A stretch of 41,212 bases of DNA. Source: Hippea sp. (lineage in GTDB: Bacteria; Campylobacterota_A; Desulfurellia; Desulfurellales; Hippeaceae). Location of the stretch: contig WFQR01000110.1 of assembly GCA_015486955.1 (NCBI GenBank), positions 1 to 41,212 on the forward strand. The letters are read 5' to 3'. The position numbers and the translations under genes were made by a program. Below the pieces are notes generated by a model that was given only the letters and a program-made list of their open reading frames with translations, did not search any database and had not been told where the DNA came from. The first letter of the stretch is position 1. Each line of letters starts with the position of its first letter. Positions 10,932 to 21,504 of the stretch are shown here, piece after piece.

Positions 10932-11935
10932 TGGATTACAAAGCATCCGGTGTGGATATAGATAAAGGGAATAGGTTTGCCCAGCGTATAAAGGAAATGG
11001 TTAAAATACTTCCGCAGAACGGTGTTATTTCATCCATTGGTGGTTTTGGTGCGCTTGTTGGTTTGAATGATTTGGGCTGTGATCTTGTTCTGTCATCTTC
11101 AACAGACGGCGTTGGAACAAAGTTGCTTGTGGCACAGATGGCGGGCAAGCACGATACTGTGGGCATAGACCTTGTTGCAATGAACGTTAACGATATCATA
11201 ACTACAGGAACAGACCCTTACTTTTTCTTGGATTACATCTCATACAGCGACGTTGAGGATTGTGTGCTTGAGGATGTTGTTAAGGGTATAGTGAAAGGTT
11301 TAGAACTTTCCGAATGTGCTTTGGTTGGTGGTGAGACGGCGCAGATGCCGGGTGTTTACAAAAAAGGTGAGTACGACCTTGCAGGTTTCTGCGTGGGAAT
11401 TGGGAAAAAGAACGATATTTTACCCAAACCTTTAAAAGAGGGGATGGTACTTTTGGGTTTTGCCTCAAGTGGATTTCACTCCAATGGCTATTCCCTTTTA
11501 AGAAAGGTTTTTTTTGACATAAATGGCTACGATTTGGACAGATTGTTCTGTGGAAGACCGTTGGGTGAGGTTTTGCTTGAGCCCACGCGTATATACGTTA
11601 AGCTGTTCAAAAAGATAAAACCCTTTGTCAATGCTTTGGTCCACATTACGGGCGGCGGATTTTACGATAACATCCCGAGGGTTTTGAATGGTGAATTTGA
11701 CGCCATTGTGGAAAAGAAGATGTTGCCAGAGATGGATATATTCAGAGCCTTCCAAGAACTTGGAAATGTTGATGAGAAGGAAATGTTTAGGACTTTCAAT
11801 ATGGGTGTGGGTATGGTTGCAATCTGTGATGAAAAGGGAAAAGATAACATCAGGGAACTTGCTGAAGATGAGGGTATAAAGACCTATGAGATGGGTTATT
11901 TAAAGAAGGGTAGCGGGAGGGTTGTAATTGTATAG
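10931..11935 (+). CDS. purM: Phosphoribosylformylglycinamidine cyclo-ligase (AIR synthetase)
   Basis: YKASGVDI, TDGVGTK, GGETA, SSGFHSNGYSL, HITGGG, RTFNMG. Confidence 0.97.
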   Translation: MDYKASGVDIDKGNRFAQRIKEMVKILPQNGVISSIGGFGALVGLNDLGCDLVLSSSTDGVGTKLLVAQMAGKHDTVGIDLVAMNVNDIITTGTDPYFFLDYISYSDVEDCVLEDVVKGIVKGLELSECALVGGETAQMPGVYKKGEYDLAGFCVGIGKKNDILPKPLKEGMVLLGFASSGFHSNGYSLLRKVFFDINGYDLDRLFCGRPLGEVLLEPTRIYVKLFKKIKPFVNALVHITGGGFYDNIPRVLNGEFDAIVEKKMLPEMDIFRAFQELGNVDEKEMFRTFNMGVGMVAICDEKGKDNIRELAEDEGIKTYEMGYLKKGSGRVVIV

Positions 11936-12590
11936 ATTGGCTGTTTTGCTCTCGGGAAGGGGATCGAATTTTGAGGCAATTTTGAATGCCATAAAAAATG
12001 GATATATAAAAAACGGAAAGATCGTTGTTGTTATTAGCAATAATAAAGAAGCGAGGGGTTTAAAGGTAGCAAAAGACAACGGTTTGGATGCGATCTTTGT
12101 TGATCCTAAAGGTAAGGACAGGGAAACTTACGATAGGGAGATTGTTGAGATATTGAAAAAATACGATGTAGATTACGTTCTGCTTGCCGGTTATATGAGA
12201 ATACTGTCTGGATACTTTGTTAATAGTTTTAAAAACAGGATCTTAAACATCCATCCTGCGCTTTTGCCTTCGTTTAAGGGGTTACACGCTCAAAGGCAGG
12301 CCATTGAGAAGGGCGTGAGATTTTCCGGTGCGACGGTTCACTTTGTTACGGAGAACTTGGACGACGGGCCCATAATCGTTCAATCGGTTGTTCCGGTTTA
12401 TGATAGTGATGATGAGGACAGTTTGAGTGAAAGGATATTGAAGACGGAGCATAAAATCTACCCGTTGGCCGTTAAATTGTTGACAGAAGATAGGCTAAAA
12501 ATCAATAATGGTAGAGTTTTAGTTGACTGGGATGAGGCGGATGATTTTTATGTGACGAATCCTAAAGTCGGAGGAGAAGATGGAGTATGA
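11928..12590 (+). CDS. purN: Phosphoribosylglycinamide formyltransferase
   Basis: [36 protein letters not shown]. Confidence 0.97.
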   Translation: MYRLAVLLSGRGSNFEAILNAIKNGYIKNGKIVVVISNNKEARGLKVAKDNGLDAIFVDPKGKDRETYDREIVEILKKYDVDYVLLAGYMRILSGYFVNSFKNRILNIHPALLPSFKGLHAQRQAIEKGVRFSGATVHFVTENLDDGPIIVQSVVPVYDSDDEDSLSERILKTEHKIYPLAVKLLTEDRLKINNGRVLVDWDEADDFYVTNPKVGGEDGV

Positions 12591-14007
12591 AGCCGTAATA
12601 GGTTTAGAGGTTCACATACAGCTTTTAACGAAAACAAAGATCTTTTGCAGTTGCTCAACGGATTTTGGCGCTCCACCCAATACGCATGTGTGCCCTGTGT
12701 GTATGGGTATGCCGGGTGTTTTGCCCGTTTTGAATAAGAAGGTTGTTGAGTATGCAATAAAGTTGGGCCTTGCTTTGGGTTGTAAGATAAACAAGTTTTC
12801 AAGGTTTGCAAGGAAGAATTACTTTTATCCAGATTTACCCAAAGGTTATCAGATTTCCCAGTATGAATTACCCATACTTGAAGGTGGCGGTGTAGAGATT
12901 TACGTTGATGGTGAATACAAAAAGATAGCCCTTGAACGCATACATATGGAAGAGGACGCAGGTAAAACCATACATAGGCCAGATGGCAGTTACGTGGATT
13001 TCAATAGGGCCGGTGTGCCTTTGCTTGAGATAGTTTCAAAGCCTGTTATGCATACGCCAGAAGAAGCCGGTGAATACTTAAGATCCTTGAGGAGAATTGT
13101 GCGTTACTTGGGTATATGCGACGGCAATATGGAAGAGGGATCTTTAAGGTGTGATGCCAATGTCTCTGTTAGACCCAAGGGCGAGACAAAGTTGGGCACA
13201 AAAACAGAGCTTAAGAATATGAACTCATTTAGGCATGTGGAAAAGGCGTTGGAATATGAGATAGAAAGGCAAATAGAGGTTTTGGAAGAGGGTGGAAAGG
13301 TAGAGCAGCAAACGAGGTTATGGGATGAGAAGCAGGGTGTTACAAAGCCCATGAGGTCAAAAGAGGAGTCATTTGAATACAGGTACTTCCCCGATCCGGA
13401 CCTTGTGCCTTTGATAATTGACGATGAATGGATTGAGAGGGTAAAAAGCGAGATACCAGAGCTTCCAAGACAGAAGCTTGAGCGATTTGTTAAGGAATAT
13501 GGCATAAAGGAAGAGGATGCACGGGTTTTGACAGAAGAGAGAACGCTGGCTGATTATTTTGAAGAGGCGGCTAAAGGTTACAAGGAGCCACAGACCATAG
13601 CCAACTGGATTTTGTCCGAACTGTTGGGCTATCTGAATAAAGAAAATAAGGAGATTGAAGATACACCCATTAAGCCCAAACAGATTAGGGAGCTTGTTGA
13701 ACTTGTGGATAGCGGGACAATCAGTGGCAAGATTGCAAAAAGTGTGTTTAAGGAGATGTATCAAACGGGCAAAAACCCAAAGAAGATAGTTGAAGAGAAG
13801 GGGCTTGTTCAGATAACGGATAGATCGGCTTTAGAGAAGATAGTAGATGAGATCATTGAAAAGAACCCTAAAGCTGTGGAGCAGTATAGATCGGGTAAAA
13901 AGAATACAATAGGATTCTTTGTGGGCCAAGTGATGAAGGCAACGAAGGGAAGGGCTAATCCTAAATTGGTCAATGAAATTTTGAGTGAAAAGCTGGAGGA
14001 AAAATGA
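12580..14007 (+). CDS. gatB: Asp-tRNA(Asn)/Glu-tRNA(Gln) amidotransferase subunit B
   Basis: [48 protein letters not shown], YqeY tail. Confidence 0.98.
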   Translation: MEYEAVIGLEVHIQLLTKTKIFCSCSTDFGAPPNTHVCPVCMGMPGVLPVLNKKVVEYAIKLGLALGCKINKFSRFARKNYFYPDLPKGYQISQYELPILEGGGVEIYVDGEYKKIALERIHMEEDAGKTIHRPDGSYVDFNRAGVPLLEIVSKPVMHTPEEAGEYLRSLRRIVRYLGICDGNMEEGSLRCDANVSVRPKGETKLGTKTELKNMNSFRHVEKALEYEIERQIEVLEEGGKVEQQTRLWDEKQGVTKPMRSKEESFEYRYFPDPDLVPLIIDDEWIERVKSEIPELPRQKLERFVKEYGIKEEDARVLTEERTLADYFEEAAKGYKEPQTIANWILSELLGYLNKENKEIEDTPIKPKQIRELVELVDSGTISGKIAKSVFKEMYQTGKNPKKIVEEKGLVQITDRSALEKIVDEIIEKNPKAVEQYRSGKKNTIGFFVGQVMKATKGRANPKLVNEILSEKLEEK

Positions 14008-15284
14008 GAAAGGTAATTAGAAATGCGTATGTTATATCGCCTTCGAATAACTTTGAGGGCTTTGCGGATATCTCCATTGTTGACGGTTTTATTGAGATGA
14101 TTGGTGATGTTAATGGGGTTGAGATTGATGAGGAAATTGATGCAACAGGGCTCATAGCTACACCGGGTTTTGTCGATATACACGCCCATTTGAGGGATCC
14201 GGGTTTTACGCACAAGGAGACGATAGAAACGGGATTAAAAGCTGCTGTTAAAGGTGGTTTTACTACCGTTTGTTGTATGCCCAACACAAATCCCACAATA
14301 GACAACGTTCAAACCGTTGAATACATAAAGAGAAAGGCAGAGAGGGTTGGCATTTGCGATCTATATCCCATTGGTACGATCACAAAGGGCGAGAAAGGTG
14401 AAGAGTTGTCCGATATGAGGACTTTGAAAGAGGCTGGTTGTGTGGCTTTCTCCGACGATGGAAGACCAGTGATGAACGCTGAGATCTTAAGAAAGGCACT
14501 GATTTATGCTGAAGACCTAAACGTGCCACTGAGTTTACATGAAGAGGATTTAAACATCAGTGGAGATGGCGTTGTCAATGATGGCAAAATTGCCTTTGAG
14601 CTCGGTTTAAAGGGCATTCCCAATGTTTCTGAGTCAAGTATCATTGCAAGGGATGTGGAGATAGCTAAAAGCACAAAAGCCCATTTACACATATGCCACG
14701 TAAGTACAAAGGAAGCAATAGAAGTGTTAAAAAAGGCTAAAATGGACAATGTGAATGTAACCTTTGAGGTAACACCCCATCACCTCTCTTTGACGGACGA
14801 AGAGATTAAGGGTTATAATACATTTGCCAAAGTCAATCCACCTTTAAGGTCTGAAGATGACTTAAAAGCCGTACATGCTGCATTTTCTTCTGGTTTTGTT
14901 GATGCAATAGCAACGGATCATGCTCCCCATGATGAGGAATCTAAAAGATGCACAATGCAGAAAGCAGCTTTTGGCATCAGTGGCTTTGAGACGGCATTTG
15001 CAGTGGTTAATACCTACCTTGTAGAAACGGGTATTATAGGTTTGGCTGAGGCAATTTCTTTGATGACCATGAAACCTGCAAAGGTATTCAATTTAAATGC
15101 TGGAACGCTTAATGAAGGGCAACCTGCAAATGTTGTTCTTTTGGATAAAAAGGCTGAATGGGTTGTGGATAGGTTTTCATTTGTTTCCAAAGGCAAGAAT
15201 ACGCCGTTTCACGGTAAGAAGCTAAAGGGAAAGGTTGTAAAAACGTTCTATAGGGGCAATCTGGTTTATTCGGAAGGGGAGTAA
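14004..15284 (+). CDS. pyrC: Dihydroorotase, type I
   Basis: [36 protein letters not shown]. Confidence 0.96.
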   Translation: MRKVIRNAYVISPSNNFEGFADISIVDGFIEMIGDVNGVEIDEEIDATGLIATPGFVDIHAHLRDPGFTHKETIETGLKAAVKGGFTTVCCMPNTNPTIDNVQTVEYIKRKAERVGICDLYPIGTITKGEKGEELSDMRTLKEAGCVAFSDDGRPVMNAEILRKALIYAEDLNVPLSLHEEDLNISGDGVVNDGKIAFELGLKGIPNVSESSIIARDVEIAKSTKAHLHICHVSTKEAIEVLKKAKMDNVNVTFEVTPHHLSLTDEEIKGYNTFAKVNPPLRSEDDLKAVHAAFSSGFVDAIATDHAPHDEESKRCTMQKAAFGISGFETAFAVVNTYLVETGIIGLAEAISLMTMKPAKVFNLNAGTLNEGQPANVVLLDKKAEWVVDRFSFVSKGKNTPFHGKKLKGKVVKTFYRGNLVYSEGE

Positions 15285-15285
15285 G

Positions 15286-16110
15286 ATGGTGTTTTTTAGA
15301 AAAAAAAAGAAAAAGGAAAAGAAATGGATACAGTGTAAGAAGTGCAACGAGACGTTTTATGTCGAGGAGTTACAGCAGAATTTCTGGGTTTGTCCAAACT
15401 GTGGTAACTACTTTAGAATTTCTGCATACGACAGGATAAAGATAACAGTGGATGAGGGTAGTTTTAAGGAGTTTGATACGCGTATAACGACGAAGGATCC
15501 GTTGAAATTTGTGGATTTAAAGCCTTACAAGGATAGACTGAAAGAGGCCATTGAGAAGACAGGCTCAAAAGAGGCGGTGGTTAACGGTGTATGTACAATA
15601 GACGGTGAGCCATGTGTTCTAAGTGTTATGGACTTTTCATTTTTGGGTGGGTCCATGGGGTATGCTACAGGCGAGAAGATCATCAGGGCTATAGAGAAGG
15701 CCATGAAGTTGAAGATTGGCCTTGTCATTATTTCAGCCTCTGGCGGTGCGAGGATGCAGGAGGGAATTTTGTCGTTAATGCAGATGGAGAGGGTTTCCGC
15801 CGCTTTGAGCTTGTTGGGTAAACAGGGTTTGCCATATATATCCGTTTTGACAGACCCCACAACGGGTGGTGTGGCTGCAAGCTTTGCCATGTTAGGAGAT
15901 GTTATTTTGGCAGAGCCTAACGCCTTAATCGGTTTTGCTGGACCGAGGGTTATTGAACAGACAATTGGTAAAGGCTTACCCGAAGGATTTCAGAGATCTG
16001 AATTTTTACTTGAGAAGGGATTTATAGACGTTATTGTTGAAAGAAAGGAGCTTCCCAAGTACATAGGTAAATTCTTGCGTTACTTTTCAAATAATGTGAA
16101 AAAGAAGTAG
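15286..16110 (+). CDS. accD: Acetyl-CoA carboxylase carboxyltransferase beta subunit
   Basis: CKKC..CPNC zinc finger, GGSMG, SGGARMQEG, PTTGGV.AS, GFAGPRVIEQT. Confidence 0.97.
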   Translation: MVFFRKKKKKEKKWIQCKKCNETFYVEELQQNFWVCPNCGNYFRISAYDRIKITVDEGSFKEFDTRITTKDPLKFVDLKPYKDRLKEAIEKTGSKEAVVNGVCTIDGEPCVLSVMDFSFLGGSMGYATGEKIIRAIEKAMKLKIGLVIISASGGARMQEGILSLMQMERVSAALSLLGKQGLPYISVLTDPTTGGVAASFAMLGDVILAEPNALIGFAGPRVIEQTIGKGLPEGFQRSEFLLEKGFIDVIVERKELPKYIGKFLRYFSNNVKKK

Positions 16111-16111
16111 A

Positions 16112-16465
16112 ATGGATGATGACGATAAACTCTCTGTTTATAGGGTACTTGAGCCAAAGGGCGTAGAACCTATAAGGCAATTCAAAAAGGAGAAAAGACA
16201 GAGAAAGAGAGAGTACAAGGAAAAGAAAAAATACACAGCACCAAAAGAGGATTTTAAAGAGGACTTTTTAAGGCATTTTAAGCTTGATAAAGAAAGATTC
16301 TCGGTTAACTTAATAAAATCGGAAGGCAGATGGATAGTTGAGGTGTGTAACAAAAGAACGAAAAGGTGTGTGTATCACGATTACGATGTGGTGTGCGATC
16401 TTATGGATAGGATATGTAAACTGCCCGATAGTATGATTGGCTATAACATAAACGTGGAGGCTTGA
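16112..16465 (+). CDS. Hypothetical protein, weakly FlaG-like C-terminal half, 4 Cys
   Basis: Fills the gap between accD and the dehydrogenase exactly (1-nt spacing on both sides); function unclear. Confidence 0.75.
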   Translation: MDDDDKLSVYRVLEPKGVEPIRQFKKEKRQRKREYKEKKKYTAPKEDFKEDFLRHFKLDKERFSVNLIKSEGRWIVEVCNKRTKRCVYHDYDVVCDLMDRICKLPDSMIGYNINVEA

Positions 16466-16466
16466 G

Positions 16467-17447
16467 GTGGAGAAGGTTCTAATAACGAGAGGGATACCGA
16501 AGAACGGTTTGGAGATACTGAAAGGGAAGTTTGAAATTGTTATTAATAATGAGAACAGGAATTTGAACAGGGATGAGATATTGGAGCTTTCAAAAGACGT
16601 TTTCGGTATTGTGAGTATGGTTTCAGATAGAATTGACAGTGAAGTTATAGAAAATGCCAAGAATTTGAAAATAATCGCCAATTACGGCGTTGGAATAAAT
16701 AACGTCGATATAGATGCTGCGACAAAGAGGGGTATCTTCTTTACCAATACGCCTGATGTTTTAACGCAGGCCACGGCCGAGCTGGGCTTTAGTTTGCTTA
16801 TGGCATGCGCAAGGCATATACCGCAAGCAGATGAATTTACAAGGAGCGGTAAGTTCAGTGGCTTTGACCCCGTGCTTTTCTTGGGTAAGGAACTTTATGG
16901 TTCAACGTTGGGTATAATTGGCATGGGCAGGATTGGTTCAAGTATTGCACGGATGGCGAGGTATGGTTTTAATATGAATGTGCTATACTTTAATAGAGGA
17001 AGATCAGACAAGGAAAAGTTGGTTGATGCAAAAAGGGTTGAACTTGATGAACTCCTTAAAAATAGTGATGCAATAATTGTTTGTGCGCCGCTAAATGAAG
17101 AAAGTAGACATCTGATAGACAAAAGGGCTTTTGACTTAATGAAAGACGATGCGATATTTGTTAATATAGGTAGGGGAGAAATAGTTGATACGGAAGCGTT
17201 GATTAATAAGGCAAAGTCGTCGCCTGAATTTGTAGTGGGCTTGGATGTTTACGAGAATGAGCCGAATTTTGATAAAAGGCTGTTGGAGCTTGAAAATTGT
17301 GTGTTGTTGCCGCATATAGGCTCTGCGACAAAGAAGGCACGAATGAAAATGGCAGAGATCACGTGCATGAATATATTGAAGGTGAAAAACGGCGAGTGCC
17401 CCGACTTTGTTGTTAACGGAGGAGAGCTATGCCGTGCAAGAGACTAA
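16467..17447 (+). CDS. D-isomer-specific 2-hydroxyacid dehydrogenase (glyoxylate/hydroxypyruvate reductase-like)
   Basis: TNTPDVLT.ATAE, GIIGMGRIG, VNIGRG, LDVYENEP, LPHIGSAT. Confidence 0.92.
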   Translation: MEKVLITRGIPKNGLEILKGKFEIVINNENRNLNRDEILELSKDVFGIVSMVSDRIDSEVIENAKNLKIIANYGVGINNVDIDAATKRGIFFTNTPDVLTQATAELGFSLLMACARHIPQADEFTRSGKFSGFDPVLFLGKELYGSTLGIIGMGRIGSSIARMARYGFNMNVLYFNRGRSDKEKLVDAKRVELDELLKNSDAIIVCAPLNEESRHLIDKRAFDLMKDDAIFVNIGRGEIVDTEALINKAKSSPEFVVGLDVYENEPNFDKRLLELENCVLLPHIGSATKKARMKMAEITCMNILKVKNGECPDFVVNGGELCRARD

Positions 17448-17701
17448 GGGTAACTGGTGTTGTGCAAGGTGTTGGATATAGGGCATGGGCTAAGAGGCTT
17501 GCGGGTATGTTAGGTGTCAAAGGGTACGTGAGGAATATGCCCGATGGTTCTGTTGAGATGGTTGTCTGTGCAGATGAAAAAATTATTACTGTTATGATAA
17601 ATGCAGCAAAGAAGGGTCCTGCAGCGAGCGTTGTAAAAAATGTTGAGGTGTTTGATACGGATTTTAAACCGGAAAAAGAGGAGTTTGAGATATGGATATG
17701 A
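17429..17701 (+). CDS. acyP: Acylphosphatase
   Basis: GVVQGVGYR and GYVRN..DGSVE signatures. Confidence 0.93.
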   Translation: MPCKRLRVTGVVQGVGYRAWAKRLAGMLGVKGYVRNMPDGSVEMVVCADEKIITVMINAAKKGPAASVVKNVEVFDTDFKPEKEEFEIWI

Positions 17702-18243
17702 AAAAAAGGAAAAAAACAGAGGAGTTCTTGCAATACGGTATAGAAAACTTCTTGAAAAATAGGTTTGGTAAGGCAAAGACGTTTTTTTCTTTGGTTCTAT
17801 CGGATGAACCGGATAACAAGGTGGCCAAATTTGGTTTGATGTGCATCGATGCCATTGAGGATGGCTTGACAGAAGCCAAAGACATGTTCAGTGTTTTTGT
17901 TTTTGCTAACGAGGATCAACAAAAGGCCATAATGGAGATATTCGAAAACTACAGCAATGCACCGTTTGGCGGCGCCACTGATCAGGACTACTTATACGAC
18001 ATATTATCCTTATACAACGTTAAAGCCACAAGTTTAGGTGATGATCTTTATCTTTCCAAAATTGAGCCAGACAACAGCAGGGGCGTTAATACAAACATGC
18101 TTCTCGGCAAGGTTTATGAAAAGATGGGGGATTACTCAAAAGCAATCGATTATTTGGCTAAAGCTGTGAAGATGAAGCCATTTGATGATGCGTTAAGAAA
18201 AGAACTAATAGAGGTTGTTAAAAAGAACAAAGCCAATGAATAG
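17692..18243 (+). CDS. Tetratricopeptide repeat protein
   Basis: TPR-like helices at both ends (LLGKVYEKMGDYSKAIDYLAKAVKMKP). Confidence 0.8.
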   Translation: MDMKKRKKTEEFLQYGIENFLKNRFGKAKTFFSLVLSDEPDNKVAKFGLMCIDAIEDGLTEAKDMFSVFVFANEDQQKAIMEIFENYSNAPFGGATDQDYLYDILSLYNVKATSLGDDLYLSKIEPDNSRGVNTNMLLGKVYEKMGDYSKAIDYLAKAVKMKPFDDALRKELIEVVKKNKANE

Positions 18244-19204
18244 GGTTCTGGAAGCCATAAAGGATGCCGTGCATATTGAAGCTGAAAGCGTAAAGGATTT
18301 GGAAAAAAGGATCGACGAACATTTCCTTAAGGCTGTGGAGCTTATCGATAGTTGCAAGGGTAGGGTGATCTTTTCTGGCATGGGTAAATCGGGTCTCGTC
18401 GGCAAAAAGATATCTTCAACGTTCTCAAGTATCGGTATAGCTTCGATGTTTGTCCATCCGGCTGAGGCTGCGCACGGCGATCTTGGTATGATCAGGCGTG
18501 AGGATGTTGCTGTGCTGCTTTCAAATTCTGGATCAACGCCCGAAATTCTGTTTTTACTCCCCATTTTAAAGCGCTTTAACATACCGATAATATCTATTGT
18601 TGGTAACGTAAATTCGGAGTTAGCAAAACGCAGCGATATTGTATTAGATGCATCTGTTAAAAGGGAGGCTACGTCGGTTAGGCTTGTACCAACGAGTTCA
18701 ACAACTGTTGCACTCGTGATCGGTGATGCTTTAGCTGCGGGCTTGATAGTGAAGAGGGATTTCAAAGAGGAGGACTTTGCCCTTCTGCATCCGGGCGGTG
18801 CTATAGGTAAAAAACTCCTTGTTAGGGTAGAGGACCTCATGCATGTGGGTGAAGAGATGCCCGTTGTTAGAGAGGATGATAGCTTTAACGATCTTGTCTA
18901 TGAGATATCCTCAAAGCGTCTTGGTATGACAACGGTTGTGGACAGAAACGGTCTGTTGGTGGGCGTTATCACGGATGGGGATTTGAGAAGGGCAATAGAG
19001 AGGTTCTCATCGCATTTGTTTGATATCAAAGCAAGGGATATAATGACCAAGAACCCTAAAACGATAGATAGGGCTTCACTTGCGGCAAAGGCGGCGGCAA
19101 TAATGGAGAAGCACTCCATAACAAGCTTGATCGTTGTTGAAAACGAAAGAAAAATAATAGGTGTTATTCATCTGCACGATATTTTGAAAGCGGGCGTGTT
19201 GTGA
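18236..19204 (+). CDS. kdsD: Arabinose 5-phosphate isomerase (KpsF/GutQ; SIS + 2 CBS domains)
   Basis: GMGKSG, HPAEAAHGDLG, HPGGAIG, CBS pair. Start is ATG 18236 or TTG 18215. Confidence 0.96.
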   Translation: MNRVLEAIKDAVHIEAESVKDLEKRIDEHFLKAVELIDSCKGRVIFSGMGKSGLVGKKISSTFSSIGIASMFVHPAEAAHGDLGMIRREDVAVLLSNSGSTPEILFLLPILKRFNIPIISIVGNVNSELAKRSDIVLDASVKREATSVRLVPTSSTTVALVIGDALAAGLIVKRDFKEEDFALLHPGGAIGKKLLVRVEDLMHVGEEMPVVREDDSFNDLVYEISSKRLGMTTVVDRNGLLVGVITDGDLRRAIERFSSHLFDIKARDIMTKNPKTIDRASLAAKAAAIMEKHSITSLIVVENERKIIGVIHLHDILKAGVL

Positions 19205-19725
19205 TGGATATAAAGCTCATCGTGATGGATGTGGACGGCGTATTGACGGACGGAAGGATTATATTGGACGATAACGGAGTGGAATACAAGTTCTTTGACG
19301 TTAAGGATGGTCATATATTCCACATTGTTCGTGATTTCGGCATTAAGATTGCCCTTGTTTCAGGTAGGTATTCGAAGGTGACAGAGATCAGGGCACGCCA
19401 ATTGGGTGTCGATGATTTGTACCAGGATCAGCATGTAAAGATCGATGCCTTTAATGCCCTAAAAGATAAATACGGCTTGTCCAATGAAAGTATAGCCTAC
19501 ATAGGTGACGATCTAATTGATATTCCACCCATGATACTCTCCGGCTTTTCTGCATGCCCTAAAGACGCCCATGAAGAGGTAAAGAAGGTGTCCGATTATG
19601 TGTCTGAGTTTTACGGTGGTCGTGGAGCAGTGAGGGATATTGTTGAGGAGATATTGAAAAGGCAGGGCTTGTGGGAAAGGGTTTTGGAGAAGTATCTGCT
19701 TTTGGATCGATATGGTAAATTTTAA
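19201..19725 (+). CDS. kdsC: KDO 8-phosphate phosphatase (HAD family)
   Basis: DVDGVLTDG, YIGDD..D, GGRGAVR. Confidence 0.95.
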   Translation: MMDIKLIVMDVDGVLTDGRIILDDNGVEYKFFDVKDGHIFHIVRDFGIKIALVSGRYSKVTEIRARQLGVDDLYQDQHVKIDAFNALKDKYGLSNESIAYIGDDLIDIPPMILSGFSACPKDAHEEVKKVSDYVSEFYGGRGAVRDIVEEILKRQGLWERVLEKYLLLDRYGKF

Positions 19726-20248
19726 GCGCGCGACCCAACTTTTGGGTGTCTTTTCCTTTTTTTTATTGCTTGGTATCTTTGCCTTTCTTTTTTTTGGTTT
19801 TGTTGAAAAGGAGAGTTTGCCTGTAGGTCATGTGCATTTTTCTGTTAAGGAAAAGGCCCATTCATTGGATATTTGGCGATTTTCAGGCGCCAATAAGTAC
19901 CACATAGTTGCAAGTAGTATGATTAAGCAAGGAAACGGCGTTGTTCTTTTAGTTGATGATAAACTGTGGATATTTGAGCCCAATAAACCGCCCGCTTTTG
20001 TAAGATCCGATAAGGCATATGTTTACCCAAATCACGATGTCAAAGCGTTCGGGCATGTCTTTTTTCAAAGGGAGGATCTTAAAATCTATGGCAAGACGGC
20101 CTTTTGGAATAACAAAGATCAGGTTTTGTCGAGCGATGATGCGTTTCATGGAAATAATAAAAAGTCAGAGTTTAAGGGAAAGTCATTTGTTTATTTTTCA
20201 AAGATGGATAAGCTTTTGGTAAATGGGGTGGACTTATGGATAAAGTGA
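19712..20248 (+). CDS. lptC: LPS export protein LptC-like
   Basis: Single N-terminal TM plus beta-rich periplasmic domain; conserved position after kdsC. Confidence 0.7.
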   Translation: MVNFKRATQLLGVFSFFLLLGIFAFLFFGFVEKESLPVGHVHFSVKEKAHSLDIWRFSGANKYHIVASSMIKQGNGVVLLVDDKLWIFEPNKPPAFVRSDKAYVYPNHDVKAFGHVFFQREDLKIYGKTAFWNNKDQVLSSDDAFHGNNKKSEFKGKSFVYFSKMDKLLVNGVDLWIK

Positions 20249-21504
20249 AGTCTTTGAGGGTAGCAAGCGATAAATCGATAACACACAGGGCAATAATGTT
20301 GTCTTCGATTGCAAAGGGTAGTGTCAGGATAAATAGTCCGTTATTCTCAGACGATACACTCAGGACTTTGAAAGCTGTTGAGGGTATGGGCGTTAGGGTT
20401 GAAAGCGGCGGAAATTTTTTAGTTATTCATGGCGAAGGCAAGGGGAGTTTGAATGAGCCTTCCGATGTTATTAATCTGGGCAACTCTGGAACGGCTATGA
20501 GACTTTTGACGGGCATTATCGGCGGTGAAGGTGTTTTTGCCGTTTTGACCGGCGATGAATCACTAAAGAAAAGACCGATGATGCGTATTATTGAGCCCTT
20601 AAGTCGAATGGGAGTTGATTTTTTGTATAGATCCGGTGGCTATGCACCCCTTGCCATAAAAGGCGGAAATATCAATGGCATTGATTACACAAGTAGGATT
20701 GCCTCGGCTCAGGTTAAATCTGCCATTCTATTTGCAGGCCTTTATACGGATGAGGAAGTTATCGTAAGAGAGCCAATAAAAAGCAGGGATCATACGGAGA
20801 ACATGCTTAAAGCTTTTGGTGTTGATATTAGTATAAACGGCAATACGGTCACACTTGGAAAGAATAGGGATCTATTTGGTGATTTTGAGATAAATGTCCC
20901 TGCCGATATATCGTCGGCTGCTTTCTTTATGGTTTTTGCAGCTTTATCTAAAAATAGATCTGTTTTGCTTCGGGATGTCCTTTTAAACCCAACACGCAGG
21001 GGTATTTTGGATGTTTTTGATATGGCGGGCGTGAGTTACGAAATTAAAAATGAAAGGGTTGAAAACTACGAGAGAATGGGCAATGTTTTTGTTTCTTATA
21101 CAAGAAATCTGAAGCCATTCAAAATAACAGGCGATATGGTTCCGAGATTGATTGACGAGATACCCATTTTGTCCATCCTTGCCATTTTTTGCGATGGTGT
21201 AAGCTCCGTTCGTGGTGCCAAAGATTTGAGGAAGAAGGAAAGCGATAGAATTAAATCAATTTGCGAAAATTTAAAGAAACTCGGTGTTAAAGTCTTTGAG
21301 TATGATGATGGTTTTGATATATACGGCAATCCTACTGCGGCGTTGAAACCAGCAACAATTGAAACATATTACGATCACCGCATCGCCATGAGCTTTCTTG
21401 TTCTAAAAGCTGCAAAGGGTATAGATTTTAGCCTATCTGAGACCCACTCTATACTAACCTCCTATCCCAATTTCATTGACCACCTGAATTATTTAAGCGG
21501 TTAG
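20236..21504 (+). CDS. aroA: EPSP synthase
   Basis: DKSITHRA, LGNSGTAMR, RPM, SAQVKSA, IDEIP, KESDRI, DHRIAM. Confidence 0.97.
   Translation: MDKVKSLRVASDKSITHRAIMLSSIAKGSVRINSPLFSDDTLRTLKAVEGMGVRVESGGNFLVIHGEGKGSLNEPSDVINLGNSGTAMRLLTGIIGGEGVFAVLTGDESLKKRPMMRIIEPLSRMGVDFLYRSGGYAPLAIKGGNINGIDYTSRIASAQVKSAILFAGLYTDEEVIVREPIKSRDHTENMLKAFGVDISINGNTVTLGKNRDLFGDFEINVPADISSAAFFMVFAALSKNRSVLLRDVLLNPTRRGILDVFDMAGVSYEIKNERVENYERMGNVFVSYTRNLKPFKITGDMVPRLIDEIPILSILAIFCDGVSSVRGAKDLRKKESDRIKSICENLKKLGVKVFEYDDGFDIYGNPTAALKPATIETYYDHRIAMSFLVLKAAKGIDFSLSETHSILTSYPNFIDHLNYLSG

Noticed and set aside
15292-15320. T6 and A9 runs with an A-AAA-AAG slippery-like site at the start of accD
   Set aside because: Encodes FFRKKKKK in a normally essential gene whose frame is intact; no evidence for phase variation or frameshifting.
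18205-18840. 211-aa antisense ORF over kdsD, and similar shadows (1385-1933, 4387-4866, 5075-5551, 26654-27160, 29045-29512)
   Set aside because: Fully antisense to well-conserved genes, with the composition expected of reverse-frame shadows.
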